Notes: a model not told the origin generated them from the letters alone. A DNA stretch of 64,000 bases from Azolla caroliniana (GCA_043228905.1 JBHGNT010000015.1:434001-498000), one strand, 5' to 3'; shown: positions 10,648-23,900, counted from the first letter of the stretch. Numbers and translations: made by a program.

Positions 10648-13600
10648 CTTCTTTTTGGTGAAAACACACAATTATATTAATAAATGCGTGTAAAAAACAC
10701 TACTTACAATGGGTGCGACCATGAAGTATGATCCCCCACTAACTACACTACACTACATGGGTAATGGAACATGTTGAATTGCCAATAGGCAAGACGAACA
10801 TTCCACTGAGGAAAGGATTTCCACTTGCTCCAATAAAGAAAATTGCCACAATAGTACTCCCTTCAACTTTTGTAGATATGCTCTCACTCCATGTCTACCA
10901 TCGAATACAAAAGCGTTGCACATATTCCAATTATGACGCAATCCCCAATATCTCAAAAATAGAAAAACAATCTCCATCTCTGACTTTGGGTCCACATGTG
11001 TAAATTATGCAAACACCCACTGTCTAAGGTATCAAATAACACCGTGATAAAACTTGCCAAATTTTTAGAAATGTAACTCCGAATCTGAGAAGCAATCGGG
11101 CATTGTATAAATCGATGAGTACTATCTTCCATTTGAACAATGCAAAAAAAGCAATTACCTGTTGCTAGTCCACGACGCTTTAGAGCTAATCCCAAAGGCA
11201 ATCCTCCAATCAAAACTCTCCAAATGAAGACCTTTGCTACAAGTGGCAATTTAGAATGCCAACTACGTTGTAATATTTGCCACCACCCATGATCATATTT
11301 GTGTAATCTCCATTCTTCTTCAGCCTTAGATGATAACCATCCAAGAGACTCAACAGAGCAATGATACAAAAGATTAGTAGTCACTTGTAACAACGATGTT
11401 TGACCCTTTAAACACCAATCAATCTACGATTGTTCTCCTGTTTATAAAGGTAAGGGACCTTGCATCAATGAAATATTTCGTAGTTGCCAAATAAACCCAT
11501 AATTAAGCGGAATGCGTAATAATTGTCGTGCTTCAACAAACTCCAAAATTCTTTGAGATGGAGCCTCAACTATATCTCCCACCTCTTTGACCCCCAAACG
11601 AAACAAATGATTAAATTGAGAGCGTAATCTCTCATTTCTTGGCCAACATAATAACCGAGCAGACACAAGTAACTCTTTTTGCAAAGAATTACAATGCTCT
11701 CTACTAGATGATGGTTTCCATACACATAACAAGTGTGCTTCTTGCCATGAGGTAACCAAGTGTTGAACACATGTAGAGCCCAGAATCCTAAGTGAAATAC
11801 ATCCATTTAGTATTTGCCACCACGAAGCCTTAATTGTTGTCCTCCCATGTGTTAAACCCTTGTTCTCAATGAAATATTGAACAATAGATATCCATAGTTG
11901 TGAGTTTGAACACATGTCTTGTAATAATGAAAATCTACGAGCCATCATATGCTTAGATAAGTTCAATACTCCAACTCCCCCCAAGCGCTTAGGAGTTGCT
12001 AGATGATTCCATGCAACCCAAGTGATTCCCATCTTATCCCTTTTCTTCCACAACAAATATCGAAGAGGTTGCAAAATAGAATGCAAAGCCTTCTTTGTCC
12101 ACGACAACAATGGCAAGTAATATAATATCATAGGTTCCATAATACATTGTACAACCTTCAAACGTACATGAAATGGCCAAGATTGTGATTTCCAATACAT
12201 GAACTTATCCCTCAACTTACTAGAAATCTATTTAATCAATCGACCATTTGTAACATTCATTCCTAATGGATAGTCCAAGTGTCGAAAAATAGAGCCTTTC
12301 TTCACCACGGATCCTTGCCATCCTAAACATTCCAAATCCCTTTCAGTACATGATATGAGACTAGATTTCCTCCAATTAATATGTAAGCCGGAAGCCAATG
12401 CAAATTGGTTCTATACAAGCATCCCCTTCTCAAGATTCTCTCGTGAGGCTTGTAAAAACATGAAAGAATCATCAACCAAAGCTTGTGCAACTAGTTGCCC
12501 TCTAGACGGAAGGTGTAGACCCACAATATCACCATTTGTTGCAAGCCTTGATAGCATCGCTAACAAGGGATGAGTAACAATAGCAAACAACGGGCTAATA
12601 GGGCATCCTTGACGAACGGATCTTGTAAGGGCAATATTTGATGTAACTCCTCCATTAAGCATGATTCGAGACACCGCATCTTGTCCTAATAAAAATATGA
12701 GGCGAGACATACGAGGTCCAAAGCCCATTGTATGCATTAACCCAGAAACAAAGGACCAATTAACATGATCATAAGCTTTCTCCAAATCTAATTGCACCAT
12801 AATCAATTCTTGATGAGTGTTTCGAGCATAATCCATGGCCATTTGAACATTCAACGCATTATGCAATATATTCCTACCTGCAATAAAACCATATTGGGCG
12901 GGATGTATCAACTTTGGCAAATACTTTTGTAATCTATTTGCCAAGACCTTTGTAAATATCTTATACAACCCCCCCATCAAAGAAATAGGTCTCCATTGAT
13001 GAAATGACTCTGGAGATGCCATCTTTGGAACTAATTTAATTAGACCAACCTTCCAAGCTTGAGGCATACAACCAGAATCCCAAGAATGTTGAAACATCAA
13101 AGTTAAGGGCCCCTTTAAAATGTGTGAATATCACTTAAAAACTTCATTTGTCAATCCATCCCAACCAAGGCTCTTACTATTAGGATTTCGATCCCTCCGA
13201 ATGAGATATGAGAACCCGACAACGTAGACCCGGTGAGAACCGGATGATGAGTACTCGACAAGGAAGACCCGGTGAGAACGAGATGATGAGTACCCAACAA
13301 GGAAGACCCGATGAGAACCGGATGACGTAGGCCCGATGAGAACCTCTCATCGGATGAAGGGACATATATGGAAATATGTTTTTTTGAGAGCCCATTGGGG
13401 CTATATCTGTAAATAGTCCTAAAGTCATATTAGTATAAATATGACCTAGGGCAAACAGAGAGAGAGAGTGTGTGTGTATCATTGTGTTGTCATTATTTTG
13501 TATAGTGTTATTGGTGTAACTAATGTACAAAGCGTAGCAGAGAGTGAGAAGAGAGAGAGATAGAGAGAGACGGAGTGAGTCTCTGTTGTAACCGCCACCA

Positions 13601-14737
13601 GGCGAAGATTGTGAGCACGAGGTCGTTGCCTCTGTGTTCCCCTGTTGTATTATTCTTGCATAGTGAGAGTTGGAGTTTGTGGACTCCCGTGGTTTTTTCC
13701 CATTTAGGGTTTTCCACATTAACATCCTGTGCATTCTCTTTCTGTTTGTGTACTTACTTCCATTTCCCATTTCTTCTGGGTTTGATTATCATTAAGTGAT
13801 CTAAGCTTCGGTTGTGGCCGAAGATTATTCCACATATTACTGTCAAACTGGTATAAGAGCGAATCGACACAGAAAAATGGACGATTCGTTGGGAGGCATG
13901 TTCAAGCTCACTGGCTCCAACTACTCAGTGTGGAAGTCGAAGATGAGGGACATGCTCTTGGTTAAAGATCTTTGGTTGCCGGTTCAGTTCGGGGACAAAA
14001 GATGGACAAGATCGATGCCACGATATGGGAGGTGATGCACATGAAGACAACGACATACATACGGCGCTTCATCGACATGAGCCTGTAAAACAACTTCAAC
14101 GAGGAGAGTAAGGCTCATGAGCTCTGGGAGAAGATCAACATTATGTTTCAGAACAAAAATGTTGTTAATCGGGTTTCGATATTCCGGAAGCTAATGAGGC
14201 TCCGATACCAAAATGGCTCCGGTATGGCGGTGTCGTGAAGATTCTCGGCAATAGTGTGAAAATCCCATAAAACGTACAAAATCGAGTATGAATCACGTAA
14301 TACAATAATTGTGAAGATAACATTTTTAATATCTAAGTACAAAATGATGGAGGTTTCGAATGCACTTTATTACACGAGAAATGGACAACTAAATGTCAAG
14401 ATATGAGGGTATAAAGTTTGTGAAAAGAAAAGAGAAAATTGTGAGATATCCCACATAGGCACGACAAATACGGCTCTCATCATATATAAGGTGGAGCAAA
14501 AGATATTATCTTTGTGTCTACGTGTGGAGCATAGAGAGTTCAAGGTAACTTGAACTTAGAGTGGAGGTGGCTAGCTACTCGAAAAGGGTTTTGGCCAACC
14601 AAAACCGGACCGGCGATGGAGCCGGTGATCCGACCACAATCCGGCGGCGGCATGCGCATCGGTATCCGGCGGCGGCATCGGCATCTGGCGACGGCGTCAG
14701 CATCCGACGAACCGGCGACTAGATAAAATAAATATAT

Positions 14738-14840
14738 AAAAATATATACATATTTACATATACAAGGAGGGCAAGTATGGATTCGAACCTTGCACCTCCA
14801 AGTTAGGAGTCAAATGGCTTACCATTAAGCCATGGTATTT
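14738..14840 (-). promoter_or_regulatory. tRNA-like Pol III cassette inside the gypsy 5' LTR (second copy ~21549-21651)
   Basis: Minus strand: A box TGGCTTAATGG (14822-14832) with paired D-arm GCTT/AAGC, loop CTCCTAA, B box GGTTCGAATCC (14779-14789), TTTTT at 14738-14742. Acceptor and anticodon stems do not pair, so it is not a functional tRNA. Confidence 0.75.
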
Positions 14841-15240
14841 CGTTGAAATTATATTTCTATCATTGTACTTTTACATGTAAATTCTCATCCATGAGTGCTA
14901 AAATGAGTGACATGGTTAGCATGCACCACATGTAATACTTAAGCGCCAAATGGCAAACATGCAATTTATGCATGTCTTGTACCCTCACATGCATCATATG
15001 CATGAGAGCATCTATAAAAGAGGGAAGGGGGAGGAGAAAAACACGGTTTTTTTTATGAAAATTAAGAGGAAGAAATTCGTTTTGAAATCAATCGTGTAAT
15101 CTCATCTTCTCTCTTTCCCAATCTATCTTAAGAACTTTCTCGCCAAAGCTTGTATCGACTCTAAATCCTTCTGGTCCAGAACCCTGGCGGTTCCGCCTCA
15201 CGATCCGCGCGTAGTGACGGATCTTCACGACATAATCAAG

Positions 15241-15258
15241 TGGTGAACCCGACGTGAA
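15241..15258 (+). promoter_or_regulatory. Primer-binding site complementary to the tRNA-Trp 3' end
   Basis: tggtgaacccgacgtgaa is the reverse complement of ttcacgtcgggttcacca, the 3' end of plant cytosolic tRNA-Trp(CCA) as I recall it. Confidence 0.8.
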
Positions 15259-15299
15259 CGAGGCGGTAGGAAGGATCAAGTCGAGATTAATACTTGGAG

Positions 15300-17484
15300 A
15301 TGGCGTCCTCAAGCAACCAAGCAGGAGAGCTCGAAAGGATGATGTTAATCGTCGAGCAAATGATGAGATCTCGGGACAACGACGCGAGCGTGGAGAAGGC
15401 TGTCGATCGTGTCGTAGAGCTCGAGGGCCAATTCGATGGAAGGAACGTTACGAAGTTCCTTGATGCATATAAGAGGGAGATGAATCAAAGGGACGTGTCC
15501 GAGGCACGTCAAATCGCAAGCTTCAAGAGAGTTGTCGCCAACAACATCCAAAGACGCGTCATCGAGCTTCAAGAAGGAAAGACAACATGGTCCGAGTTCG
15601 AGAAAACGATACTAGCGGAGTTCGTGACTGAAGACTCAACGAGGATGACTCGACATGCCCTAATGAAGTGGATATAGAAGAAGAATAAGAAGATGAGCGT
15701 CTCGAGGGTGTACGACGAATTCGACCAGATGTTTAGTCGTCTCCCCAATACGGACCAAGTGTTGCTTGAAGAGGACAAGACTTTGTACTTCTTGAAGGCC
15801 GTGGACATAAAGGATAGACGAGAGTTGGGGACTATTCTCGAAGATGATACCCAAGCAAATGGGCTCGTAGCGGACTGGATCGCGGTGAAGCGGGCATGCA
15901 ATAGGCTCGACAAGCGTCGCCAATGGGTTGATGACACCGACTTGACGGGATCGACTACCACGGAGAAAGCAAGACCGCCGAAAGTAGCTGAGCCCCCAAG
16001 ACAAAGTAACGTGGAAGAAAAGAAGATTGATGACGACATCATTGAAGAGCTAGCGAAGAAGTTCGAGAAGGTCACGCTAGCCAACATGAATTGTCGGGGC
16101 CCTAAAAGAAAAGAACCCTTTAGATGTGTGTGGTACGATAGCATGGACCACATGAGAAGGGATTGTGCGAGCCTTCGAGAGGCGATTCGACAAAATATCG
16201 TATACATAGAGGACAACATGATCTGCTCAAGCGAGACTAGAAGACCCCTACGGGTGAATTTCGGAAGAGGAGGAATGAAGAGATCTATGGAGGATGCCGA
16301 TGCGACTCATGTGGATGCGATGCACTATGCTGCGTCGGCCGGAATAAGAGTCGGGAAAGACAAGACTGAAGCTGCTAGAGCGGGAGCAAAGTTTTGGACT
16401 TCCGTTCTCGAATATGAGAAGAAGGGAAAAATCACATCGAACGAGGTAGAGCTTGCGGACCGAAGCGTGCAAAACATAACCGGGTGGTCGGATCTGGTGG
16501 ACGACAACACCATACTCGCGGAGGTGATGTGCGACAACCACGAGGTGTTCGTCGAAGAAAAGAGAAAGAGAATAGAAGAGCAAGGACCATCGAAAAGACA
16601 TGAAACAAGGAACGCGAAAAAGAAGGACGATACGGAGACGAGTCGACCTTTACAAACGGAGGAACAAGAATCAAGCCGAAAAGGGGAGCCGAGCGTACGA
16701 GTTGAAGAAACGGTTCGGCCCGTGAAGGTTGGTGTCGAAGACCCCGCTCGGAGGACAAGGACCATACCTACCTATAAGCTAAGGTCGGACATAGAGCAGA
16801 CGACGGACCTAAAGAAGATTCTTGAAGAACGAGTTCTTGATAGCCACGTAACTTTGTCCTTGAGGGAATTGCTTGGCATTCCATGACATGATCGTGGACC
16901 TTGTAAAGAGAAAGAAACAACAATCGGACGAGGAAGAAGAGAAGCCGCAGAAAGCAAAAACGAATGCCATAACGATGGCAAGAGATGAAATCGATGAAGA
17001 TATGGTGGACAGCCACTACACTCGACCTCATTGGGCACGAGCGACAACGGAGACGCCGGTGAAGATCAGGGAGAAGAAAGAGACTGTCGTAGCCTTGATC
17101 GACCACGGCTCGGAGATCAACCTCATGTCAACCGACTTCTACAAAAAGGTAAGATGGCCAATCAATACAACCCACGGATGGAAGATTCGCGCGGCAACAA
17201 AGTCTACGGAGGACTTGTACGGAGCTTGTCCCAATGTCAAAGTCACGATCGGGGATGTGGAGATGGATCAACACTTCTTCGTACAAGAATCGGCGTCGCA
17301 TCCTGTCATCCTAGGGCAACCTTATATCACATCATTTCGGATGGAGACCAAAGTGTTCGATAATGGAGCAGCCTTCGCACGAATAAAGAGTCTTGACAAC
17401 CAAAGATCGGTCCAATTCCTAGCAGTGCGAGCCAATCATGAAAGGAATCGAGATAGTCTCGGAGGCGAATCCTCGGATTTTTAG
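15300..17484 (+). pseudogene. Gypsy ORF1: gag plus aspartic protease (disrupted)
   Basis: ATG 15300; in-frame TAG 15675-15677; degenerate knuckle CVWYDSMDHMRRDC; frameshift ~16880; protease ALIDHGSEINLM...VILGQP; ends GGATTTTTAG. Confidence 0.85.
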
Positions 17485-20400
17485 AGCGGACTATTGAAGC
17501 ATGGGGCACAAATAGTCCGAGCAATCACAAGACCCCACAAGAAAGAAGAGCGCGTGGATTGCAAGGAGAAGCAACATATGTCACACCTAGTGGCGCATGT
17601 AAACTAGTACTACCCGACAAGAAGCACAAGCGCCGGATACAAGAATTCGAGAAGATGCTGAAAGAAGAGAACATAATAGAAGAAGGAGAGTTCGTGACTC
17701 ATATTATGGAAGAAGCCTCATTTAACGACACCATCGGCGAAGTCGAGGACGTCGTGGACTTGAGCTATCTTCACAACCAACGTGTGATTTCGGTTAACTC
17801 CGTCAACATGTATGCTATCATCGATGAATACCGTTGTGGCATCTCGATGAATGAAGCCGACATCAACACGAAATATAAAACAGTGGATAAGAAGATCAAG
17901 CCAGTTGCAGTTCTGCTACCGAAAGATAGCTGGCAAAAGATGAAGGAAGTCGCTAACGATCCAAGCTTAAGAGATCCGAAGAAGATAGGTCATGACTTCA
18001 CCAAAGAGACGAAGGGGAAGCTACGAGTTGGAAAGGAGGATTTCCTTCTCCCTGAAGAGGAGCGAATGTTTCGCAATATGCTTGAGAGACATGGGAAGGC
18101 TTTCGCATTCTTCCCACGAGAAATCGGATGCGCCGACCCAAAGGTTATAGAGCCAATGGTGATCTTCACGGTGCCTCATGTGCCTTGGAATTTGAAACCG
18201 ATACCAGTTCCGAGAGCACACCTTCCGAAGCTGATCGAGCTCTTAAAGGAGAAGGTGAGTATGGGAATTCTAGAACCGTCGAATGCTCCTTATTCCAATA
18301 GGTGGTTCACGGTGCCGAAGAAGAATGGATCATTGCGATTCATCCAAGATCTTCAACCCGTCAACAAGGTGACAATTCGAAATGCCGGAATCGGTCCGAG
18401 CGTGGACGAATTTGCCGAAGTGTTTGCGGGCCGGTCCATCTACTCCATTGGCGATCTCTACTCCGGATATGACCAATTCCAATTGGCGATCGACAGTCGG
18501 GACATTACAACCATGAGGACTCCGATCGGGCTTGTGCGGATGTGTACCTTACCCCAAGGCGCAACGAACTCGGTGGCTCATATGGTGAATGCCATGAATA
18601 AAGTCTTGAAGGATTGCATTCCGGACATCACGATGCCATTCTTGGATGATATTCCGATAAAAGGATGTTCAGATGAGGAGAAAGATGAATCGAAAGATAA
18701 GGAAGGTTGTAGAAAGTTCGTTGCGGATCATATGAAAGATTGCGAGAAGGTGCTTCAAAAGCTCGAAGATGCGAATTTGACATTTTCGGGAGAAAAATCC
18801 GCATTCGGGCAATCAGAGATCTTGGTGGTAGGTCACTTGTGTGGAGCATACGGCCGGAAGCCCTCGCCATCCAAAGTGAACGCAATCCAAGACATGAAAG
18901 AAGAATGCGAAAACCAAACGGAGGTTCGAAGGTTCCTTGGAGCGTGCGCGTTTTATCATATATGGATTCCTCACTACGCTCATGTCGCCGAACCGTTATA
19001 TGGACTACTAAAGAAAAGAATAAAGTTCGAATGGCGAGACGAGCACACAGAGGCGATGCGAAGATTAAAGAAACAGCTTCTTGAAGCTCCGGCACTAAGG
19101 AAGGCCGACTATGCCGAAGGGAAACCAATTTACGTGACCGTAGATACGAGCCCAACCGGAATCGGGTGGGTCATCAATCAAGAAGGTGAAGATAATGCGC
19201 GATATGCCGTCCGGTTCGGAGCAAAGGTTCTCAGCGAACGGCAACAAAGATATGCCCAAGTCAAGCGGGAACTTTGGGGTATTGTGTCGGCAGTGAAGAC
19301 GGACAAAGATTACCTGATCGAGTCAGAAGTGATAATAGAGACAGATTGTCTCCCAATTCTCGGAATGGTCTCGGGATGTGCGACCCCAGATCTTGCTATG
19401 CTAAGGTGGATCGCCTACATCAAGTCTTTAAACCCAGAGATCCGTCACATCGCAGGGAAGAAGAATGCCATGGCTGACATGCTGTCGAGGGCAAGATTTT
19501 CAAATGGAAGTAACATGGTTTCGGAAGATGAAGATGTCGCCCTCGACTTCTTCAAGATGGCTCGATTGTCAGCGGAAGACCAGGACATGCAAACCCTCCA
19601 CGCATTCAACGAGAACGAGTACGAAGGAGAATGGTTACTCATCGGTAGATTCCTAAGAACATTGACGATAGATGCTTCGTTGACAAAGGAGGAGGCCCTA
19701 CGAATCCGAAAGAAAGCTTACCGATACTTCTTGAAGGGAGGATTCCTTTGGTGACATCCAAAAAGAAGGACAGGAATACCACGTCGAGTGGTGGTAAAGA
19801 AAGAAGAGCAAGAGACGCTGATGACCGAATTCCACAAGAATGCTTGGGCAGGTCATAGAGGAACATAGGCGATGTTCGAAAAATTGAAGGAGAAGTACTG
19901 GTGGCCAAGCATGTACAAAGATGTACTCCATTTCGTGTCCACATGTGAAACTTGCCAAATATATTCAAACATACGTCATCGTGATGAGTTAAAGCCGACA
20001 TACCCACTCACCATTCACTTCAAATGGATGGTGGATCTGGTCTCGATGCCAATGGGAGTGGGACAAATGAAGTACTTGGCACTCGCAAGGGAAGACCTGA
20101 CAAATCAAGTGGAAGGACGAGCCTTGACAAATAAGACGACTTCAGCCGTTTGTAAATTTTTACTTGAAGATGTTGTTTGCCGATATGGATGTGTAGGGAA
20201 GATAGTGGCCGACCGAGGGGAGTTGGACGCGCACGAAGCGACGAAGCTCTTCGAAAGACTAGGCGTGAAGCTCTCCCTCACGACTACCTACAATCCGGAA
20301 GCAAATGGGAAGATTGAGCGAGGGCATGGACCTATCGTTAAAGCCATCGTACGGGCATGCAACGGTCGAGTCGGGAATTGGCCACGACTATTACCCTATG

Positions 20401-20969
20401 CCTTGTGGGCCGATAGAACGACACATAGCTCGATGACAGGGTATATGTCGACGGAGCTTATGTATGGACAAAAGCCGATTATGCCCATCGAAAGGACGAT
20501 CGCCTCATGGGTAGCGATACCGTGGGAGAACGAGATGAGCCGAGAAGAGTTATTAGCGGCGCGGATAAGGCAACTTGAAAGAAGACCTGAAGATTTAGAA
20601 AAAGCGCGAAAGATGATGAAGGCAGCCCGAGTAAAGAACAAAGTTCGGTTCGACAACACGCATCGACTTCGTCCCAAGAAGATTGAAGAAGGGGATTGAG
20701 TTTTGGTTTACGACAGCACCCTTGACAATCAACATAGTACAACAAGGAAGTTCGCAAGAAGATGGTTCGGGCCGTATGTGGTGACAAGTGCCAACGATAA
20801 TGCCACATACCACCTTGCGGAACTAGACGGATCAAGGTTGGTCGTACCCATTGCGGGAAAAAGAGTAAAGCTTTTCAAGAAAAGACAAAACAAGGATCCT
20901 GACCTCGATTACCTCGACGATGAACATAATAGGCCGGATGAAAATGAAGACATGGAGGAATCTAATTGA
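17475..20969 (+). pseudogene. Gypsy ORF2: RT-RNase H-integrase (-1 frame, three in-frame stops)
   Basis: RT LRFIQDLQPVN, DLYSGYDQ, LPQGATNS, PFLDD; RH VDTSPTGIG..AQVKRELWG..ETDCLP; IN HHCC, VDLV..VADRG..PEANGKIERGH, WFGPY. Stops at 19752, 19866 and 20697 (CGA/TGG transitions). No chromodomain. Confidence 0.9.
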
Positions 20970-23900
20970 TCATCGTAGCCGAAATCTCACTTCTTCTCTT
21001 CTTGGCACGTACCGGAGGACGTGCGGTTTGGTGGGGGTGGATGTCGTGAAGATTCTCGGCAATAGTGTGAAAATCCCATAAAACGTACAAAATCGAGTAT
21101 GAATCACGTAATACAATAATTGTGAAGATAACATTTTTAATATCTAAGTACAAAATGATGGAGGTTTCGAATGCACTTTATTACACGAGAAATGGACAAC
21201 TAAATGTCAAGATATGAGGGTATAAAGTTTGTGAAAAGAAAAAAGAAAATTGTGAGATATCCCACATAGGCACGACAAATACGGCTCTCATCATATATAA
21301 GGTGGAGCAAAAGATATTATCTTTGTGTCTACGTGTGGAGCATAGAGAGTTCAAGGTAACTTGAACTTAGAGTGGAGGTGGCTAACTACTCGAAAAGGGT
21401 TTTGGCCAACCAAAACCGGACCGGCGATGGAGCCGGTGATCCGACCGCAATCCGGCGGCGGCATGCGCATCGGCATCCGACGGCGGCATCGGCATCTGGC
21501 GACGGCGTCAGCATCCGACGAACCGGCGACTAGATAAAATAAATATATAAAAATATATACATATTTACATATACAAGGAGGGCAAGTATGGATTCGAACC
21601 TTGCACCTCCAAGTTAGGAGTCAAATGGCTTACCATTAAGCCATGGTATTTCGTTGAAATTATATTTCTATCATTGTACTTTTACATGTAAATTCTCATC
21701 CATGAGTGCTAAAATGAGTGACATGGTTAGCATGCACCACATGTAATACTTAAGCGCCAAATGGCAAACATGCAATTTATTCATGTCTTGTACCCTCACA
21801 TGCATCATATGCATGAGAGCATCTATAAAAGAGGGAAGGGGGAGGAGAAAAACACGGTTTTTTTTATGAAAATTAAGAGGAAGAAATTCGTTTTGAAATC
21901 AATCGTGTAATCTCATCTTCTCTCTTTCCCAATCTATCTTAAGAACTTTCTCGCCAAAGCTTGTATCGACTCTAAATCCTTCTGGTCCAGAACCCCGGCG
22001 GTTCCGCCTCACGATCCGCGCGTAGTGACGGATCTTCACGACAGCGAAGCACATGAATGCCTTCCAGGAACTGATACACCAAGCAACCTCGCTGGAAGGG
22101 AACGACGACAATCGCGACAAGTGAAGAGGAGTTGATGCTCATCATCGAGGAGAGTGAGTTGAACCTTGCCGACAACGTGACAACGTGGGTTGTCGATTCC
22201 GGAGCGTCGTTCCACCTTACCCCAGATTGGAAATGCTTCTCATCCTACACAGTTGGTGAGCACGGTTGTGTCCGGATGGGGAATGAAGGTACATGCCCAA
22301 TTGTCGGCATAGGAGACGTGTGGTTGACAACACCAACCGGATGCAAGCTGCTGCTGAAGAATGTCTGGCACATTCCGGAGGTTCGACTGAACCTGATATT
22401 AGTCGGTCGGCTAGATGATGAAGGCTACACGGGTAGCATCCGGAACGGTGTCATGAAGTTCAACAAGGGGAGCCTGATAGTGGCTCGGGCCCGGAAGGTC
22501 AACACCATGTACCTGATGAATGCCCGGTTATGCCCAGAAGAAGTGAACGTTTCTTCCGACACTACCGGTGAGTTGTGGCACAAGAGACTATGTCACATAT
22601 TGAGAAGGGGATGAAAAGGCTTGCCGATGACAACCTCATTCCGGTGAAGAACGTGCAACTTAAGAAGTGCACCGAGTGCATGGCCGGTAAGCAAAACCGG
22701 ACCTCCTTCCGATCAAGGCCACCGATGAGATGTAATGCACCATTGGAGTTGTTGCATACCGATGCGTGTCAAGTGGACACGAAGTCACATGTCGGAGCGC
22801 AGTACTTTGTGACGTTCATAGACGACCACAACCGGAAGTTGTGGGCCACACCGTTCAAGACGAAGGATCAGGTGTTATCCGTCTTCAAGGAGCTCCACGC
22901 AAGAGTGGAAAGAGAAACCGGCCAGAAGCTGAAGGCGGTTCGAGCAGATAACGGAAGGGAATACCGGGGGCAGTTTGAGTACTACCGCTCGAAGGGAATC
23001 CGGCTCGAATTTACCGTACCGAAGACGCCGGAACTAAACATGTTGGTTGAGAGGATGAACCAAACCATAATGGAGAGGGTCCGGAGTATGTTGGCACATG
23101 CAAGGTTACCCAAGACGTTTTGGACTGAGGCGTTGGCAACAACGACGTACGTGATATACAGATCACCCTCAGTGCCCTTGGACGGAGACACACCGCAGAG
23201 AGTCTGGACCGGTAAGGAAGTGTCTTACCGGCATCTGAAGGTGTTCGGGTGTCTCACATACGTCATGTTGCAAATGACCGGAGAGAAAAGTTGGATTCAA
23301 AGTCACAGTCTGGCATATTCCTCGGATACGGCAATGATGAGTTCAACTACCGAGTGTGGGATCCGGTCAACAAGAAGGTTTTCCGGAGTCGAGATATTAT
23401 CTTCATGGAGGACAAGACCCTTGCCGACTAGGAGTCGAAGAAGAAGATAATGAACTCCGAGTTGACTGGTAAGGATCGGTTCGATGAGATACGGACCTAC
23501 CCGGCTAAGAGCCGGTTGACACTCGAAGAATCAGCCGGTTACGGAGAGGAGACCGAACCGACCGAAGAAGAAGAAGAAGAAGCCGGAACCGGCCAAGACC
23601 CTGAATCGGATTCGGATGAAGAACAAACAGAGGAGCCGGTTGCCGAAAGCCAAGGACGCAGATATCCTCTTAGAGAGAGAAGGGCCCCTCGAAGATTTCC
23701 GGATGCAGAGCGCGTGTTGCTAACCGATGAGGGGGAGCCGGAAAGCTTCAAAGAAGAAAAGGAGGACACCCACAACCGCAAGTGGTTGAGTGTCATGCAG
23801 GACGAGATGGATTCCCTGCATGAGAACCACATGTATGAACTGGTGGAGTTGCCGAAAGGAAAGCGGGCACTCTAGAATAAGTGGGTGTACAAGTTAAAAC

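Larger units (their letters stand above)
14231..22043 (+). mobile_element. Ty3/gypsy LTR retrotransposon (non-chromovirus) nested in Copia-1 gag
   Basis: 1002-bp LTRs 14231-15232 and 21042-22043 (~7 substitutions by eye); 12-bp TIR tgtcgtgaagat/atcttcacgaca; 4-bp TSD gcgg/gcga; PBS 15241-15258; G-rich PPT ggtgggggtgga; domain order gag-PR-RT-RH-IN. Confidence 0.96.

Noticed and set aside
10381-10660. U6/L1 chimeric retrogene
   Set aside because: U6 is on the plus strand and the LINE on the minus strand, ~160 bp apart tail to tail; template-switch chimeras are co-oriented and directly fused.
13210-13360. CRISPR-like repeat array
   Set aside because: These are ~33-bp U3 tandem subrepeats of a copia LTR, with no unique spacers or cas genes, in a eukaryotic context.
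14771-14840. Functional tRNA-Arg(CCT) gene in the gypsy LTR
   Set aside because: The acceptor stem is unpaired and the anticodon and T stems are largely mismatched; kept only as a tRNA-like promoter cassette.
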